Shown one piece after another: positions 60,148 to 64,000 of a DNA stretch of 64,000 nt; position 1 is the stretch's first letter, and each line of letters opens with the position of its first letter. The DNA is from Rhynchopus sp. YZ270_cl-10 (taxonomy: Eukaryota). Both the position numbers and the translations under genes were made by a program. A model generated the notes under the pieces. It searched no databases. It was not told the DNA's origin and saw only the letters and a program-made list of their open reading frames with translations. Where the stretch lies: positions 1,674,001 through 1,738,000 of the forward strand of contig OZ037842.1 in NCBI GenBank assembly GCA_964035575.1. The letters run 5' to 3'.

Positions 60148-63100
60148 ATGAAGCGCCATACCGTAGTGCAGTGGGAGGACTTCCCCACTGTTGCTGCTTT
60201 GCCATTGTCTTTTGAGGACATTTGTGCGGCCCATCCACGTCTTGCTGAGTACTATAATCCGGATGATGTGTCACGTCGTGCGGAGCGTGAAGCTGCAGCG
60301 GATTTCTTTGTGACAAACTTGTGCGGGAAAGACAAAGCTGCGTTGGCGTTGAAGGAGAAGGTGATCCGGAAGTGGGCAACAATGGGGTTGTTGGAGAAGG
60401 AGGCATCTGTGCCGTTTTCGCTTGGAACAGTGTCGAAGCTTGTAAAGGGGGAGGGGAAGCCTGTGGGTGCGAAGGGTAAGGGGAAGCCTGCAAAGGGTGG
60501 TGCAAAGGGCGAGAAAGGGGCGAAGGTGACGGACACCAATGCAGACGCGCCTGTGCGTATTGTCGGGAGTGAGCCCACATCGCTCTTCGAGACAAAGGTC
60601 CGCATGCACCGTCACGACGCTTTAGTTCAGCGCGAAAAGAGCGTCCAGCAACAGAAGAATGAAGAAACCCTCCGTGAAAGGGAGGACATCAACGAACGCA
60701 GAAAGGCAGGTATGTTTATTTTTTGTGATTTTTTTTTGTAAAATTTTTGAGAGACAGTGCATTGATGTGCCTGGCAGGGAATGCAGGTTGTGCATCGTCG
60801 CGTGCAACATCATTCGCGTTTTTGTTTGTTCCTCTACCCCACCCAACCACCAACACCCCTCAGGCCTGCAACGTGACTTCAAAGATTCCGAGGTGGTGCG
60901 CGGTGTCGTGACACTCATCGACCTTGAGCGGCGCCAGGGTGAGGTCTTCGTTGCTGAGCGCAGCTGCGCAACGTCGTTCAACCTGGACTGGGTCGAGTTT
61001 GGACTGAAGCAAGTCAAGGTGAACGACGAGGTCTCGTGTGTAGTGACGTCTCGCTCAGGCCCGGCACGCGGTGGACGCACACGTGAGCAGGCAATCGGCA
61101 TCCGCCCCGCCATCCCACGCAAGCTCATTGACGACGACATCGTCACCTTCTGCAAAGAGTGCCAGGCGGAGAGCAAGGACCCGGAGAAGATCCTTTTCCG
61201 TGTTCTCACCTCCATCGAGGACTTCCATAATATGTGCCAAAGGCTGAACGAAAAGCCCGAATCCATCTCCTCCTCAGCCGTCCCAGGCAAAGGCCTTAGC
61301 TGGTTTGAATGTGTCATGAGTCTTGTCCAGCTTGCCGCTTTCCCCTACCTTCAGGAGCCTCGCTTCCGCTCTATCATCACAAAGTTCTACCAGCTCATGC
61401 CTCTCACGCCCTTCCCCGCCCTGGTCGAAGAGTGCTGCAAGTTTGCGTCCGACGATGGGAACGTACAGTTCGCCCTCGACATTGGAGTCTTCGTTGACAG
61501 CATGCGGCTGTTCTGCTTCCATACCGGTGGGGTGCACGATTTGAGTGAAAAATACTTTGAGTCCATTGTCGGGCTTTTGGACAGATGTCTCACCGGCACG
61601 ATCGATAAGGTATGTTTTGCATGTATTGTAGTAAAACCTTTGCATCCAACAGAACATTCCTGTGCACTCCGAGGAAAGCCTTCGCGTCTTGTGTGCCTCC
61701 ATCCGCAGTGGCCCTGACGAGAGGAAGCTGTTTCCCTCCTCTGAGTGCTTCCGGCACAACCCATGCAGCACCGAACATCCTCTTCACTACACGCAGCTGG
61801 TATGCAACACACACCGTCCCCATGCCCACCACCACACCCCCCGCAGCCCGACACGCAGTACCTCCCCTGGGAGAACGTGAACGACTACGTTGGCTGCCAC
61901 TTCAACCTGCTGAAGGCAGACTGCTTCTTCCGTGTGGTCTGCAGCATCATGTACCGCCTTGGCTTCGATGGGTATGAGGTACGCGAGCAGGAGCGCAAGG
62001 ACATGGAGTTCAACACCACGCAGGTATGTGCACCGTTCTTTCCCTTCCCCATATCCCCTTGACCCCCTGGATAAAGCCCTGACAACATCCGTGCCATTAT
62101 TGAAGTTAACTATTTTTGTGTTCGTGTTTCACCTCAACACTCCACTCCCTCCCTCCCTCTCCCCACGCAGTACACAGACCTGGGTTTGGTAGGTGAAGCA
62201 CTCGGAGACAAAGGCGTGTGGCTGGCACTCAAGTTTGAGCTTCCAGAGTACTTCGTCCCTGAGAGCAGTCTCGAGAAGGGTGCGCTGATCTGCATTTGTA
62301 TCCTAAACGAGAACGGAGAGCCGCCGCAGGTATGTCGTCAGCAGAGGATGACACCACACCACCTAACAAACACATAATATGATACATCCACATTTTGCTT
62401 CACAGATGTGGTGGGCCACTGTTGCCTTCACCGACATTGACATGTCGACCCGTGGGATGGCTGCTGTGGAGATCATCGACGGCGACCCCCGGCTACTTGC
62501 ACAGCGTCTGCAGATCAATCGTGCCTATGGGAAGTCTGGGGTATGTGCCCAACGCTACACTGCACAGCAGCATCACTACACTACACAACACCACAGCTCT
62601 GCGTCATGTTCGAAACGAAGCTGTTCTTCTACGCATTCAAGCCAGTGTTGGAGGCGTTGGAATACCTCAGAAGGCAGGTACGACTTCCGTTCAACGACAC
62701 GCTGCTCAAGGGGTCGGTGAGGAGCGAGGTCAAGGCCCTGCCGCAGTACGTGCCGCCGTGCTACAAGGATGCGTTCTACAACATCGTGAAGCGCATGCTC
62801 CACTCCTACACCTTCGAGCCCGGCCAGCACAAGGCGCTGCGCTGGTTGCCGCATAGACCGGTCCTGCTTGTCCAGGGGCCGCCTGGCACAGGAAAGAGTT
62901 TCATCGGCTGCAGACTTGTTGAGTGCATAGCGGAGTTCCGCATCAAGCTCCAAAGCGGCGAGCTCAAGAATGAGTACCAACCTCCGATGCAGGGCGAGAA
63001 GGACCGCGAGGATGAGAAGCCTGGCCCCATTTTGGTGTTGACGTACAAGAACCACTCGCTGGATGAGTTCCTGACCGACGTGCTCGACACGGGTGTGTGG

Positions 63101-64000
63101 TGTGGGTCGCTGCGTGATGCGACTCGGTGCATCTGCAAGAGCGGCGGGAACCCGTCGAAGTTCTGCTGCAAGATGTGCTGCGAGCGTCAGGGACACAACA
63201 AGCGCCTGGTGCGTGTGGGTGCACGGTCGCAAAGTCCACGGCTCATGAAGTACAACTTGGCGCAGCTCGCGAAGCCGCGCAACGACCACAAACACAAGCT
63301 GCGCTCCCTGCGCATGGAGGCAGAGCGCCTCTCCATGCAGATCCGCCGCCTCGACAGCGGTGTTGTTGACGACAGCACCATCCGCTCCTTCATGTCCGCC
63401 TACCAGATCGAGGCCTTCACCAAGGAGAACACTGTCTCCACGGAGGCTGCCTGGGCAGAGTGGGTCGCATCCTCGGAACCACTCTTCCCCCCCGCTGACG
63501 ATGCACAAGCGCTTATGGAAACAGGACGTGAAATTCTTCAGCTCTCGGTAGACCCTGTCTCGATTGATGCTGCGGTGGTGAAGGAGAAGAACTACGCGAG
63601 CATGAAGGCGAAGTCGTTTGAGGAGAAACAGGAGCAGAAGGTTGGGGATAAAGAGAACGAGGAGAAGGCGGCCGAGAAGCCACGGAGCGTTGCTGAGACG
63701 ACTGCGGCGATGGCGACAGCTTCAGCAGAGGCTGCGGCTGAGACGGACGAGGGGGCGAAGTCGACTGCACTGCAGTACTCTGGGAAGGGCGCAGACACAA
63801 GCATCGAACACGACATTGTGTCCACCCTACGTGTGAAGCGTGCCTTCTACCAATCCTTCACACCTCAGGCACCCACGCCGCCATGCAGGATCGCCATCGA
63901 GGACGACGACCACCTCGTCACAGCTGCCCTCCAACAGACCGAGGCGGCACAGCAGCACCCCGAAGGTATCCCCGCAGAGGTGCGCACCGGACGTCTCCTC
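60148..64000 (+). CDS. ZNFX1: ZNFX1/Hrr1-like Upf1-family SF1 helicase, 3'-truncated; exons 60148-60709, 60864-61609, 61653-61799, 61847-62023, 62171-62329, 62406-62541, 62597->64000
   Basis: YVGCHFNLLKADCF, FETKLFFYAFKPVLEAL, LVQGPPGTGKSFIG, PILVLTYKNHSLDEFL, LVRVGARS; all donors GTATG. Confidence 0.78.

Overview
Eukaryotic genomic DNA, most likely a euglenozoan and probably a diplonemid-like protist. This is an inference from three things: all genes lie on the + strand, a kinetoplastid-type stand-alone topoisomerase IB small subunit is present, and there are many short GTATGY...CAG introns with AC-rich 3' ends. About 14 protein genes can be built by hand: a RING/CaaX protein, EXO1, a hypothetical protein, a SAM+PH-like protein, TOP1 small subunit, a SAM methyltransferase, YOP1/REEP, BDP1-like, HIBCH, two His-rich proteins, a Calx-beta/EGF receptor, a CNBD K+ channel and a ZNFX1-like helicase. 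Introns and intergenic spaces are dense with non-autonomous TIR transposons. Some carry cargo: a non-LTR RT fragment, tyrosine-recombinase-like fragments, and a 1.3-kb segment shared by two unrelated TIR shells. There are also satellites, an orphan LSU rRNA fragment, and several families of short sense-strand repeats whose variation preserves RNA base pairing (G-U wobbles, compensatory changes). These structured repeats are the most novel signal. All homology calls come from motif recognition by eye; no searches were run.
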